Virus record (IMG/VR): IMGVR_UViG_3300042401_001747
Strand: one strand, 5' to 3'
Source: a virus
Length of the DNA stretch: 64,000 nt
Part shown: positions 9,751 to 20,500 of the stretch, piece by piece
Layout: each line of letters begins with the position of its first letter
Numbering within the stretch: the stretch's first letter is position 1
The notes under the pieces: model-generated
The model's input: only the letters and a program-made list of their open reading frames with translations
Database searches by the model: none
Told to the model about the DNA's origin: nothing
Position numbers and translations under genes: made by a program

Positions 9751-10209
9751 TTATTTATTTTTTTCTTCACGTATTGGTCCTCCGGTGACCCAAGCGCGAC
9801 AAGTTCTCTTTGAAGCGCATTTAAAGTCGAATGCTTCACAGTATCCTAGTTCACCAGCTTCGTCTATTGCTCCCCATTCGTCTTTTCTGTCGTCTCCAAC
9901 AAGTCCGTCTTGTATGCATGACTTCATTTGTGGGGTGACAATAAAAACTGCGCAATTGCCGCATTTCTGCTTCTTAGCCTCTTCGGTGCTTACTTCCCAC
10001 TCGTTGGCAAGTTTGGACCAGAACTCTTCGTTTTTCTCTTCTGGATTAAGCGGGCCATAGTCGGCAACAGCAATTGCCTTTTTACGATTTAGTAGGTTTA
10101 CCGAAACATCTTTTGTTGCCGTTGGGCATTTAGCAGAATCGTCTGCCTTTTCTTCTATGCGTATTCCTTTAATTGGTCCACGATATGAAGCCCATGTATT
10201 GTTGTTCAT
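9751..10209 (-). CDS. Cys-rich conserved phage protein (probable metal binding)
   Basis: CPTAT...YGPLNP...FW...CGNCAVF...GYCEAFDFKCASKRTCRAW.GGP. Confidence 0.75.
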   Translation of the reverse strand: MNNNTWASYRGPIKGIRIEEKADDSAKCPTATKDVSVNLLNRKKAIAVADYGPLNPEEKNEEFWSKLANEWEVSTEEAKKQKCGNCAVFIVTPQMKSCIQDGLVGDDRKDEWGAIDEAGELGYCEAFDFKCASKRTCRAWVTGGPIREEKNK

Positions 10210-10604
10210 TTAAATTCTTCCCAGGTTTTGTCTCCTTGGCCGTAGTACTCACGAGCGTAGCCCGATGAAACTATGTCCTGATTAAGGCATGCGGTTAATT
10301 CGGATTTGACGTCCTTGTCGGAATATATTAAAGCCAGTACTCTTCCGTACTTATCGTCCTTGCCAGCAATCGTCTTTAAAAAGACCGTAGAGTGTCGCGC
10401 TGTCCAGTCCGTAGTAAAAGATTTTGCCTTGAGGCCCATTTGTTTTTCCGCTAAATCTTTGGTACGTGACTCCGGGGTATTTACCCCATAAAGTCTTACT
10501 CTGGCTTTGTGGTGAATACTAAACCCCAGGTCTATCATCACGTCCAGAGTGTCTCCGTCTATTACCTTGAGTACTTTTGCTGTGTACCAGTATTGCTCAG
10601 CCAT
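10206..10604 (-). CDS. Thermonuclease (staphylococcal nuclease-like)
   Basis: VIDGDT, VRLYGVNTPE, DKYGRVLA, GYA motifs. Confidence 0.9.
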   Translation of the reverse strand: MAEQYWYTAKVLKVIDGDTLDVMIDLGFSIHHKARVRLYGVNTPESRTKDLAEKQMGLKAKSFTTDWTARHSTVFLKTIAGKDDKYGRVLALIYSDKDVKSELTACLNQDIVSSGYAREYYGQGDKTWEEFK

Positions 10605-11418
10605 TTTTTTGCTTAGCCTTGCGACGCTGTTTCATCATTTTTGCTGCCTTGGACATTCTTTTTAGTTCTTCTGAATCTTCCGAAACATAAGACTGCGATG
10701 CGGTTTTGGACGAAGGCGCTAGCTCGGAAATGTTTCTCCGAAGGGATGCGCGTATCGCTTGCTGCTCTTCGGACATGGATTCACTCAAGAACAACATTCC
10801 ATCAGGAGGTATAAGTCCTTTAAGTTCTTCTGAATTAATAAATTCGTTATAACTATCTGGCGAAAACTTATTAAAGTAGTCGTAAGAAAAATGTGATTTC
10901 TTAGATTTAGAATTCTGGTATCTTTCCAGCATTCTTCTTCCTTTTGCTGCAAGCTTCTTGGCATCTTCGATATTTTGAGGCACCGGTTCACCCCAGGCTG
11001 AAGCCGATAGAGCCAATCTAGTTGCTCTGCCCTTTTCGTCTTTCATAGGGCCTGATGGGTTTGTGAAGAAACGAGTCAAGAAAGAACCTTTTCTTCTCAT
11101 CTTTTCAGGAGTATCGGCAGCCCCCCTTACTCCTGGCTTCAAGCTAGCTCCTTCTTTTCTTTTGAAGTAAGCTCGTCCGGCAGCAGTCAGGCCACCCTTT
11201 GGGTCTTTAAGTACTGGTTTTTTTGAACCTTTGACTAGTACTTCCTGGAAAACAAAAGAGCCGTAATATTCATCGAATATTGGGTGCATTTCAATGTGCT
11301 TCAGCTCAATCATGGATTGGCTGGCTATCTGCTCAAGGGCTAGTTCTACCTCTATTTGGTCAGATAGGCCCTGGAGTTCTTCAAACGTTTTTTCGATGTC
11401 ATCAAATGGATTAGTCAT
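10597..11418 (-). CDS. DUF6321-like head-region protein
   Basis: KDPKGGLTAAGRAYF...LKPGV...RRKGSFLTRF...TRLALSASAWG basic domain, recognised from memory of this family. Confidence 0.6.
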   Translation of the reverse strand: MTNPFDDIEKTFEELQGLSDQIEVELALEQIASQSMIELKHIEMHPIFDEYYGSFVFQEVLVKGSKKPVLKDPKGGLTAAGRAYFKRKEGASLKPGVRGAADTPEKMRRKGSFLTRFFTNPSGPMKDEKGRATRLALSASAWGEPVPQNIEDAKKLAAKGRRMLERYQNSKSKKSHFSYDYFNKFSPDSYNEFINSEELKGLIPPDGMLFLSESMSEEQQAIRASLRRNISELAPSSKTASQSYVSEDSEELKRMSKAAKMMKQRRKAKQKNG

Positions 11419-11449
11419 ATAAGATATCTTCTCATAGTTTTTGGGTTAT

Positions 11450-11493
11450 AAAAGGCAAAAACCCCGCCCACCCCCTAAAGGATGAACGGGGTT
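11450..11493 (-). terminator. Rho-independent terminator after the major capsid gene
   Basis: Minus strand AACCCCGTTCATCC...GGGTGGGCGGGGTT stem (with G-U pairs) followed by TTTGCCTTTT, about 15 nt after the capsid stop. Confidence 0.75.
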
Positions 11494-11507
11494 CCGCTTA
11501 GTGCTTA

Positions 11508-12875
11508 TCAGGCTGGTGCGCTGTTGAAGGTTACTTCGACGAATGCTTCTGGGCGCTTGACAGCGAGTGCAAGTCTTTGCTCTGCAAGGATAACGATTGC
11601 GTTGCGGACGAAGAAGTCCGAATGCTGTTCGCTGATGCGGATGCTTGCTTCTTCACGGTCGTACAACTGTGCTCCGGTACCGAAGGCTCCAACAAGTGCC
11701 TTACCTTCAGTCATTGCTGGAGTGTCAACGATTGGCATACGCCAGACGCGTGGCTCGCCACCCATTGCAACCGAAACTGCGATGAGGTACTGGCCGTTAG
11801 TGTCCTTGGTAAGCTCGATGTCTTCCCAGTCGTTCGGGTGAAGAACGATGCCGCTTGGCTCGTAGTACGCAAGGAACGACAAGGTTGCCGCACGACGAAG
11901 TGCATCTGCCTTGGTGTCTGGTACTGGCAGAGCTGCACCGCTTGACCAGTTGTATGTCTGAATGTTTGGTGTGTTACGAACGCCCAACAAGTTTTCACCA
12001 GCACCGTTACCGTTGAGGATTTGGTTATCCTCAAGGAGACGGAGACCGTACATCAATTCGTTGTCGATGATGCTGCGGAGCTGTGGCTCGTCTGCAAGAA
12101 CGTTACGGTGTGCTGCTTCCCAATGTGCAAGTGTACGCACTGGAGCCTGCTCACCAACGAAGGCGAACGAAGACTGTGGCTTGACACCGAATGCGGTATT
12201 GCCGGCGTTACGCTCTGCAACTGTTGATGCACTGTTTACGCCTGCTCCAGCCTGCAAGGTTGTGAAACCAAGTTGACGGAAGTATTCGATAACTGCAGCG
12301 TTTGTCTTGCGGACTGGGAACAAGTCACGAACACGCTTTGTACGTGTTGGTGGCAATACCATTGGGTCACGCTGTACGGAACCAAATGAACCAAGACGGC
12401 TATCGGTTACTGCTGTTGTTGGCAGACCCGAGTAAACGTCCTTTACGTTGTAACCAGAGGTGTATGAAGTCAACGATGCAGCAATTTGCCATGGTGAAAC
12501 CATGTTTGCTCCATTGCGGCCACCATTAAGTGCCTTGAACTCTGCTGAATCAGTGAACATTTGACCAATTGACTTGATTTCATGTGATGACAAGCTACCA
12601 AGGTCTGCTGCAGCGGCAGCATAAGCTGCTCCTGTGGAGCTACCTGATGGCTGTGATGCCCAGTTATCAACTTGGTTCATGGTCTCAAGGTCACCGATAA
12701 GGCCCTTGATTTCTTTGATGTCGCGCATGTTCTTGTCGAACGCTGACTTTTGCTCAGGAGTAACGACTACTGTGCCGTCCTCGATTTTGAATGAATCTGC
12801 GATGGTCTTATTGTCTGCCATCTTTGTGCGAAGAGCTGATTGTAGTTCTTCTGTACGTGCTTTGTCTTCCGACAT
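11508..12875 (-). CDS. Major capsid protein, HK97 fold with N-terminal delta (scaffold) domain
   Basis: RVRDLF, VAE...KPQS, VRTLAHW, LRSIIDNELMYGL, QILNGNG, HPNDWEDIEL.KD.NG.YL, FVRNAIVILAEQRLALAVKRPEAFV; coiled-coil N-terminus; GAGGAG RBS. Confidence 0.96.
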   Translation of the reverse strand: MSEDKARTEELQSALRTKMADNKTIADSFKIEDGTVVVTPEQKSAFDKNMRDIKEIKGLIGDLETMNQVDNWASQPSGSSTGAAYAAAAADLGSLSSHEIKSIGQMFTDSAEFKALNGGRNGANMVSPWQIAASLTSYTSGYNVKDVYSGLPTTAVTDSRLGSFGSVQRDPMVLPPTRTKRVRDLFPVRKTNAAVIEYFRQLGFTTLQAGAGVNSASTVAERNAGNTAFGVKPQSSFAFVGEQAPVRTLAHWEAAHRNVLADEPQLRSIIDNELMYGLRLLEDNQILNGNGAGENLLGVRNTPNIQTYNWSSGAALPVPDTKADALRRAATLSFLAYYEPSGIVLHPNDWEDIELTKDTNGQYLIAVSVAMGGEPRVWRMPIVDTPAMTEGKALVGAFGTGAQLYDREEASIRISEQHSDFFVRNAIVILAEQRLALAVKRPEAFVEVTFNSAPA

Positions 12876-12958
12876 TGGGTTCTCCTCTTATGAGTTGGGT
12901 GGGGGTATTGGTATTTTGTCCAAGGCTTAGGTAAGCACCCAGCTCTTATGTATAAACA

Positions 12959-12994
12959 AAAATAACAGATAATTCACACCTCTCGGTGTAACTA
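12959..12994 (-). promoter_or_regulatory. Candidate late promoter (TAGTTACAC-N21-TATTTT)
   Basis: One of four copies with identical spacing; lies upstream of the major capsid gene. Confidence 0.6.
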
Positions 12995-13031
12995 ATAATA
13001 TTTTGCAATTAAAGTACGTAAATAGATTACG

Positions 13032-13703
13032 TTACTTACTAATGAGCTCTCGCGTGAGGGATGTTTTCCTTGTGACGCTTGACTTTGGTTTTTCGCGTAA
13101 GACAGTCCTGACGGCGTTTCTGGTTTCCTGTTCACGCCTCTTGCTGACGTTTCTTCTGCCCAAAGATGTTGAACCAGTTCTATTGGAATAATCAGTCATA
13201 TTTGTGCACGGCATCCATACCGTGCGTCCTGACTTGCTCACTCTTCTACTGATTCCTATGCACCCAATCTGGCGAGAACGAGCCTTGGCGGATTCCGGGT
13301 CAATAAAGACGTCTACGTCGTTATCTCTTACAAACTCTGGGCCGACACCCTTTTCTTCGCAGCATCCAATGGATTTACCACTAAAAGACGTAGACGAGAC
13401 GATTCCTCCACCTTCCAGTGAGCCGATTCCTCGTATTGGTGCTTCCGTCAGGTTTTCCCATCCATCAGAGCGTCGTTTTCTCTTGTTTTTTCCGATGCTT
13501 CTTTTTGTTCCCGCTTCTTTAGCTCCTGGAACGACACTTCTCCATCTTGATGTCTCGGCAGTGTTTGAGATTCTTTCCATCTCTTCCATGGAAGCGCAAG
13601 GCATCCATCTACCTTCTGAATCTTTGTGTGCGCCGGAGCACCCTATGTCTTGAGCAAGACGCAGAGCCAATACTTTTGCTTTTGCTGGAGATTTACCTTG
13701 CAT
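13032..13703 (-). CDS. Head-region protein with two IGCxG...WMPC repeats
   Basis: IGCSGAH...WMPCASM and IGCIGIS...WMPCTNM. Confidence 0.75.
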   Translation of the reverse strand: MQGKSPAKAKVLALRLAQDIGCSGAHKDSEGRWMPCASMEEMERISNTAETSRWRSVVPGAKEAGTKRSIGKNKRKRRSDGWENLTEAPIRGIGSLEGGGIVSSTSFSGKSIGCCEEKGVGPEFVRDNDVDVFIDPESAKARSRQIGCIGISRRVSKSGRTVWMPCTNMTDYSNRTGSTSLGRRNVSKRREQETRNAVRTVLREKPKSSVTRKTSLTRELISK

Positions 13704-14385
13704 GTTTTATTTCGTTTCTAGTGTAAGAAACCCGTGCTGAGATTGATTCCTTTTGGCCAGCCATCGATTCTCGGGTAATGCTTTCCAGGGTCTTGGCTCT
13801 GCGAGTTAATCGACGACTTGAAGAAGTTTCTGCTGTTTTTCTATTGGCTGTTTTTCTAATAAATCCTTGACCAAATTGTCCATATATGAGTTCTGTCTCT
13901 ATTTGTCCAAACTGCGCTTTGGGATGAGATTTCACAGAGCGAGATTTTTCGTCAAAAAAAACTTTTCCTGACTTTATTCTTCTCTTGAATTCTGATTTTT
14001 TCTTAAGGTTTTTAAAGTTGCTGGTCTTGAAAGAAATAGCGTTAAGTTTGTTGACTACAGAGGAAAACGACCTGATTGGCGTATTTTCTATAGGGTCACG
14101 ATTTGAGCTTTTATCGTTTTTTACAGTAGCTATATAGCGATACGATTTTTTATCAATTGCTTTAGAAACAGGCTCGTCCTCTACTATTTCTGAGTTTTCG
14201 AAGAATCCGGTAAAAATGAAACCGTCAGGCACTGTTGACTTAATGTTGTAAGCGTCAAAATTAAAATCAGAAACAATCGATTTGCCATATTCGGTAATTG
14301 CTTTTACCTGAATTTTGTCGTTGTTTGAGGTTGCCATAACATGAGGCATTCCTCCAAAAACGTCCTTGATAAAACCGATTTTCAT
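13693..14385 (-). CDS. Hypothetical head-region protein
   Basis: 230-aa ORF overlapping both neighbours. Confidence 0.7.
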   Translation of the reverse strand: MKIGFIKDVFGGMPHVMATSNNDKIQVKAITEYGKSIVSDFNFDAYNIKSTVPDGFIFTGFFENSEIVEDEPVSKAIDKKSYRYIATVKNDKSSNRDPIENTPIRSFSSVVNKLNAISFKTSNFKNLKKKSEFKRRIKSGKVFFDEKSRSVKSHPKAQFGQIETELIYGQFGQGFIRKTANRKTAETSSSRRLTRRAKTLESITRESMAGQKESISARVSYTRNEIKHAR

Positions 14386-16412
14386 TATATAGCTCCACTA
14401 ATTAATTTTTTAAGAGTATCTTTTCCAGCATTCAAGTTTTCTAGTCTTGCATCAAACAGTTTGCCAAGAATATTCAGATGTATTTTTTCACCCTCAGAAA
14501 GGCCGTATTTGGATAGAGATTTTTGAAATTCTAATGAGTTGAATTTTTTTGCTCTTTGAATCATTAAGGACAAAAACTTCATGAATGCAACTCTTTGTTG
14601 TGCTTTGAGCGACTGGTAGTAGTCGGAATATGAAGGAGTAAGTTGCGTTGCGTAGAAATCGTTTATTCGCATATTCATGCGCTTTGTAATTTCTATCTTG
14701 GACAAATCAACAAGTCCAGATGTTACGTTTTGTCCTGCTATAAGTCTTCTTGCGTCAGGAGTGTCTATGGTGTAAATAGACGTAAGTGGGCGTTCTCTTT
14801 GGTCGGTTAGGTAGTCCGACACCATTAATGCAGCAACATCAGAAGGCTCAAGTTCATTGAACTTTATCTCTGGGTTGAAGACGCCACCGGGGATTGCGCT
14901 CGTAACCTCTTGTCGTAAGAATCTTCTTACTTCTCCTGGTTTGTCAGCAAAAATTACGTCTGGAGACTCTAGTCCGAGCTGTTGTTGAACATCGGCAGCG
15001 AATCTTTCCCCAATGTGCTGAAATCTATTTGGTTTGTTGTAAAGAAATAACCGCTCTGTAGGGGTGGCGATAGCAACTATGTTGTTGGCAAGTTTCTGTT
15101 TTTGAATCACTCCAGATTTAGACAAAACTTTGGACATGATTTTTGGGTCAATATCTGACATTGAGCCACCATTTACGAGATGCTGAACTGCCGAATCAAC
15201 ATTGGATATCAGCTTTCTGCGTGGCCCGAAAGATTCCGTATCGCGCGTGGACGAAGACTGAGGTTGCGTCATCATGCGCTTTCCCCATACCTGTGATGCC
15301 CAGCTGATTCTGCCTTTGACTATTTCGTTTGGGTTCTTGACTCCTACGAAATCCTCGGAATAGAGCATGCCGTCACCGATGGCATCAGCAAGCGCTTTGA
15401 GGCGTTTTGAAGGGTCTCTTGAGTTATCGATTGCAATAACTTGATTTAGTGTTCTTCCAAGTTTTCTTCTTTCGCCAACTTCCAGTGCTCTGGCTTTTTC
15501 TAGCGTGACAGACGAGCCGCCCGGGAGTACGTAAATTAAAGAAGTCACTCCAGTATTCGAAAGAAGGCCAAGCTCCTCTCCTCCGATGTCTTTTGGAGAA
15601 AGGGCCGACATTACGAAATACGCCCCCTCCATGTCTCTGTTGTCAGGGATTGCTCTTAGTACTTTGTTGGGAACAACTGGTTCAAGCACGAAGCCATCAC
15701 GACGAATCATTCTTCTTACTTTTAAGCCCGATTCTTTATTGAACTTACCTATTGAACTTATTTCTTCTTTTAGCCTGCTTAGAGACGCACGACTATTGAA
15801 GGCTCCGACTTTAGGTATTTGAGGTGCGCGAGACAGAATAATTGAGCTGTCGTAAGGAGACCCCGTCAGGTCTCTTCCGCGTGTTTGTGAAGATATTCCT
15901 GAAGTAAGGGCTCCTCTGGCTGCCCCTATTGCTGCTCCTAGAGCAGAAGGTATTGCAAAGAGCTTTGCACCACAAGTGGAAAGCCTATTGTCTGTAAATC
16001 TTCCACCGTATTGATATCCCTCTGGGCATCGATGAGCCCTGTTTTGCCCAGGAAGCGAACCGCCACGACCCCCTGGGCGTCCTGGGGTTATTGTTCTGTA
16101 AATAGCAGAACGTACTGGTGAGCGCAGTGGGCCAGAATCTCCTGGGACCGCCACGCTTAACGCCGAGCTTCCCAACTGTCGCAAAGCGTTCGCCTTAAAC
16201 TGCATTCCACTAGATTGCTGATTACGCTGAATTCTTCTGGTGTTGCCGAATTTTCTAGACAAAGCTTTGTAATCGGTAATTTCTTGAGTTAACGTTTTTG
16301 TCCCGCGAATATAGTCAATATTTTGTTTTTGAGCAGGGTTAAACAGTAAAACCCTTGTTACCAGTATCTCATTCCCGCTACAGCAGTCGTTTGCGTTATC
16401 CACAGCACTCAT
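14385..16412 (-). CDS. Putative virion protein: CPxG...FTD...C motif plus degenerate HipA/PI3K-like kinase domain
   Basis: RCPEGYQYGGRFTDNRLSTC; C-terminal GERFAADVQQQLGLESPDV...SDYLTDQRERPLTSI resembles E-x2-A...LGL-x2-P and D-x5-DR-x3-N with substitutions. Confidence 0.6.
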   Translation of the reverse strand: MSAVDNANDCCSGNEILVTRVLLFNPAQKQNIDYIRGTKTLTQEITDYKALSRKFGNTRRIQRNQQSSGMQFKANALRQLGSSALSVAVPGDSGPLRSPVRSAIYRTITPGRPGGRGGSLPGQNRAHRCPEGYQYGGRFTDNRLSTCGAKLFAIPSALGAAIGAARGALTSGISSQTRGRDLTGSPYDSSIILSRAPQIPKVGAFNSRASLSRLKEEISSIGKFNKESGLKVRRMIRRDGFVLEPVVPNKVLRAIPDNRDMEGAYFVMSALSPKDIGGEELGLLSNTGVTSLIYVLPGGSSVTLEKARALEVGERRKLGRTLNQVIAIDNSRDPSKRLKALADAIGDGMLYSEDFVGVKNPNEIVKGRISWASQVWGKRMMTQPQSSSTRDTESFGPRRKLISNVDSAVQHLVNGGSMSDIDPKIMSKVLSKSGVIQKQKLANNIVAIATPTERLFLYNKPNRFQHIGERFAADVQQQLGLESPDVIFADKPGEVRRFLRQEVTSAIPGGVFNPEIKFNELEPSDVAALMVSDYLTDQRERPLTSIYTIDTPDARRLIAGQNVTSGLVDLSKIEITKRMNMRINDFYATQLTPSYSDYYQSLKAQQRVAFMKFLSLMIQRAKKFNSLEFQKSLSKYGLSEGEKIHLNILGKLFDARLENLNAGKDTLKKLISGAI

Positions 16413-17052
16413 CCTCTAGTGAAGACGTTTTCAGAACCTGAGAAAAGGATTTCTTTCCGGATTCGTCTTCACCCTCTATTTGCCAATTTTTGTCATTTCT
16501 TAAGAAGGTCACAAAATCTTTTTCCATCTCGCAAAACTCATTCAGAACCTTCATAGCGTGGAAAATATCCGACTCTGTTACGACCGAATTTTCGTTTGAT
16601 TTAAAATCGGTATCTGGTTGTTCGTAAAAGAACAAATCAGAACCAAATGGTGAATCAGATTTTTCTCCAGAAGTCCTAATCATATTTTTAGGCTTCTTTC
16701 CTGAAAGAGAAGTGTTGAATTGGGAATCCGTCCAGTTGGTCAGTTTCCGGAGCTTCTTCCTGCAGTTCTTCATACCTGGATGATGGCAACCTTCGTTTGG
16801 CCAAAGACCAGTAGTTTCGTGATGCAACCAAGCACAGATATTGTTTAGTGGGTACAGTTCTGGGTGATTAACCAGAATGACCCGACACCTGCGAAAGCCG
16901 CCTGGTTTCTTCATGATGGGACGCCAGTATCTGAGTAGGCGTTCAAGGTTTCCACGCCTTGGTCCTCTACCACGCAAGATGTCCCCAGTGACAAGCTCTT
17001 GGGGCAACAAACCGCCAAGAGGGTCTGCCTTGATTCCGTCACTGTTCATCAT
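16396..17052 (-). CDS. Head-region protein (YW...RC...CAxLH...GxWP domain)
   Basis: GNLERLLRYW...GGFRRC...ICAWLHHETTGLWP motif, recurrent in actinophage head modules; function unknown. Confidence 0.7.
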   Translation of the reverse strand: MMNSDGIKADPLGGLLPQELVTGDILRGRGPRRGNLERLLRYWRPIMKKPGGFRRCRVILVNHPELYPLNNICAWLHHETTGLWPNEGCHHPGMKNCRKKLRKLTNWTDSQFNTSLSGKKPKNMIRTSGEKSDSPFGSDLFFYEQPDTDFKSNENSVVTESDIFHAMKVLNEFCEMEKDFVTFLRNDKNWQIEGEDESGKKSFSQVLKTSSLEDECCG

Positions 17053-17557
17053 TTATGGCCTTTTCTATACTTCTCATAGTCTTAACTGAAAGCCACGCAA
17101 AGTCGCGTTCTTCTAGCGACTTAAAGGCGTAATCGTTTACGTTTAACTGTACCACCTCGCTGCAGCACGAGTTGGAAAGCATGCGGCGAGTGATTTCGTC
17201 CAGTCGGAAAGACTTAACAGACTTTTCAGTTTTGTCTATCTTTTTCTTATTTTTACCAAGCGCTGAATGCATTGGCATCGAGTCCATGAGTGAATCGTTT
17301 ATTGGACGTGTTTTCTCAATAAAGGTTTCGTACCATGCTCCCGACAAGGGGTCTTTGGGGGAGTCCCATACGAATCTTTGAAAAGGAGTGTTTCGTAGTT
17401 TTGTAAGATTTCTAGCCGTACTTGACAAGTGCATTAAATCCATTTTTACAATCGAGCCGTCAGCCTTCTCAACAGCCGCATCCTTCTGGCCTCTTTTTGC
17501 GTCCACGTCGTAATAAACACGCGAGTCCCCAAGAAGCGCTACAAGTGCAGCTCTCAT
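17039..17557 (-). CDS. Hypothetical head-region protein
   Basis: 172-aa ORF; ATGA overlap with the upstream giant gene. Confidence 0.7.
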   Translation of the reverse strand: MRAALVALLGDSRVYYDVDAKRGQKDAAVEKADGSIVKMDLMHLSSTARNLTKLRNTPFQRFVWDSPKDPLSGAWYETFIEKTRPINDSLMDSMPMHSALGKNKKKIDKTEKSVKSFRLDEITRRMLSNSCCSEVVQLNVNDYAFKSLEERDFAWLSVKTMRSIEKAINDEQ

Positions 17558-20500
17558 AGCTTTCCTCCATATATGGATGTCACTTTTGGCTTATTTGTGG
17601 TTTTCATTTGCTTAAGTAAGTCTTTCGCTGCTGCAATAATTTCCTCAGCTATGGAGTCCTTAAGGGTTGACTCAACAGACTGGCCTGCTTTGGCACTCTT
17701 TGAATGAGAGCGAGCGTCTTCAATATTGAAACCATTCGGGTGAGCAAACTTGACATTATTCAGGCCACGCTTAGCAAAGTCGTCTTTCATCTTCTGCGAT
17801 GCTCTGTATTTACGGAGCATGGACATGCTTGCCGTGTCTAGCGATTGTCCTCCACCCATAGAGTAGAAGTATTCAATCTCTTCTTGAGAAAATCCAGCTT
17901 TTCTTAACTTGTCAGCAATCGATACGGCATCAACAACGTCGGAAATGTCTTCTTTCGCCGAGGCGGCTTCAATCTTGCTCAATGGAACGTTTATTTGTTC
18001 GATATCAGCAACGTCAAATCCGCCCAGAATCTGAGCCTCAAAAGGTTCCCTGGTGGAGCCTTCGGGTAGTTTCTTGTCGAACGAAGATGGCATTTTTCCA
18101 CTAGAGCTTCTTGATGCGTTTGCGTTCGAAAAATCGTTATTCAAAGAAGAAGAGAGCATATGTAGAAGAGCTTCTCGTTTTGTTTCTTCAGCGTTTACTC
18201 CGTCGGCATTAAGGATTGCGTCAGCTACGTCATCTCTGTTACGCGAGTTAAGCATTACGGGCCTGTGAGCCGAAGTGAGAGCATTGCCTCGTCCGTAGGC
18301 GACTCGGTTTGACACTCCAGGGCGCAAAACTATTTCCATGTCACCCAGAGCAGTTAGGCCGTCTCCAACCAAATCTTCGTCCCCTACTTCAAACACGCCA
18401 TCTGGTCTGAGGTTTCCAGGCATTCCGCCTTTTGTAATCTGGGCACGTTTTGCATCCATGTGAGATTTGTGAACTAGATATCCACTTACTGGCATCATGT
18501 CCGGGTCAAGAGAACCGGGAAGACCTATTCTTGAATAGTATTCGCTAGCGTAGTTTTTAGGAGACATTCCTACCGTCTTGCCTGAAGCAGGAGCCTCAGT
18601 AGTCTTTCCACTGCTCAGTCTCTTGCCTTTACGCATTTTTGCCAACCTGCCAACAGATTCTCTTTCTGCGGGAGCATCTGCCGAAGGTTTTGTTCTCACA
18701 TTACGAACGGCTGCGTCAAGTTCTGCCTCACGAGCCCGTGCTGCTGGACCAGCTCTTCTCGTCAGTGCATCTTGTTGCCGAGTCAATACTTCTTCTGCAT
18801 ATGCAGGGTTGTTTCTCATCCCGACTGAATCAATCTCGATAAAGTCACCTTCTGCATAGATTTCAGCCGCAAGGTCATCCATGCCGTCGTTGATTTCTTT
18901 CAGCACCCTGTCTCTTTCTCCAATTTTAACTTTCTTAACATCGCCTTCTTCGAAGTCAACAGCTCCAGTAAGTTTTGCGTCCTTGATTCCTAATCCTCTT
19001 TGAAGAACTTTTGTTAAAGTAAGACCACTAATGATGTCTGTCTGAACTTCGTCAACGTGTAAGGGGATTTGCTGGTCGTCGTCTACTTCTCCGTTAAATA
19101 CGGTTATTGCGCTCCATCTATGGTGTCCGTCAAGTAGCAACTTATCTGAGGTTGCCAGAATGGGGTCCATCATTGCACTGGTACCCCTTCTTTCAGAAAG
19201 TTTAGCCTTAGCATTGGTGTCTTCTTTTAGGGCTTGAATTAAAGCATCGGTGAATTCTTTTGTTCCCCTCTTGTATCTTCCGTCTTTTGTAAGAACTTCG
19301 GTGTAGTGCTTAACGGCAGCTTTCAGTGATTTGTGCATCCCATCGGTCTGTACGGCATCTAATTCCTGTTGAGAAGGAGTGTAATCATCCGGGTTAACAG
19401 CCAGGTTTTCTTTTATTGAATCGTCACCCAATTTCCCTCTAATTATTTCCTTAATCATTTCTTCTCCGGAAACTTCAAAAAGATTCCAGTCCATATTTTC
19501 TATTACGAACTGTCTGTCTTCATCTGATATAGAGGCAGCGGATTCTGGACTCTCCTGAATTTTTTCCATGATTCCTTCAAATCTTTTTTCACCGTCCCAT
19601 GTTTTTATTTTATAAGGGTCAACATGTTTATGAGGGGCCTCTTTGATAGGAATCTGTCCAGCAAGACCGAGCTCTGCTCCGCGAGTATTTGCTCCTGCTA
19701 AGCGTCCACCAGCCTGAGGCATTTTTGCTCGTGGAATACCAAAATTGTTTCCGCAGAAAACGTTTTCGTCTCCATCGTAGAAATTGCAAAGATTCGTTTT
19801 GTATTGGTCGCCAAACTTTTTTAAGAATTCTTTTTTTATTTTTTCTTGGAAAACGGAAGGGTCTACGCCGTCGGCACCATCGATTTTTTCTGCTTCTGCC
19901 TTAAAATCAAGCCATTCTTTTTCATTATTGGCAATAATGTCTTCACCCATTGTTTCGATGTCTTTGAAGAATTCTTGCTGGAGTGTTTTTGCAAAACGTA
20001 AAGACTCTTTTTGTTTTTTAGCTATTGCTTCGTCGGAGGAGTACTCAAGGGTGACGTGATGACCCAGCGCCATCAATGCTATTGCTTGCCCGACATTGTC
20101 AACCTTATAAACAGCCATGTCCTTGGGGTCTGAGCTCGTAAATAACGGCTTCATGTCGCTTGGTTTTACCGAGTCACCAAAATCTTCTTTCAGCTCTTCA
20201 GGGGTGTATTCGTGAAGAGGTTTTCCGCGCTTACGAACTTTTGCTAGAACGTCTCCGGCTATTTTTCTAGTCGCATCCCTCTGGGCATTGACTTGTCTTT
20301 CTTTTGCCCTCGCTGCATAGTCTGGATTGTTTGAAAGACCAACCGAGCCAAGCTGAATAAAGTTTCCTTCGGCGTACTTGTCGTCCACAAGAGTTCCTAC
20401 GTTTTTGGTCAAGCCTTCCATGAGTTCAGATATTTCTTCCTTACCGATGTCGGTTATTTCTCCCTCTTTCCACTTGTTTTCAGCTCCGAGGCGCGCTTCC

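Noticed and set aside
15530-15720. JAB/MPN-like domain in the 675-aa protein
   Set aside because: Only a vague spacing resemblance; the HxH...D metal ligands are absent, so it cannot be supported without a profile search.
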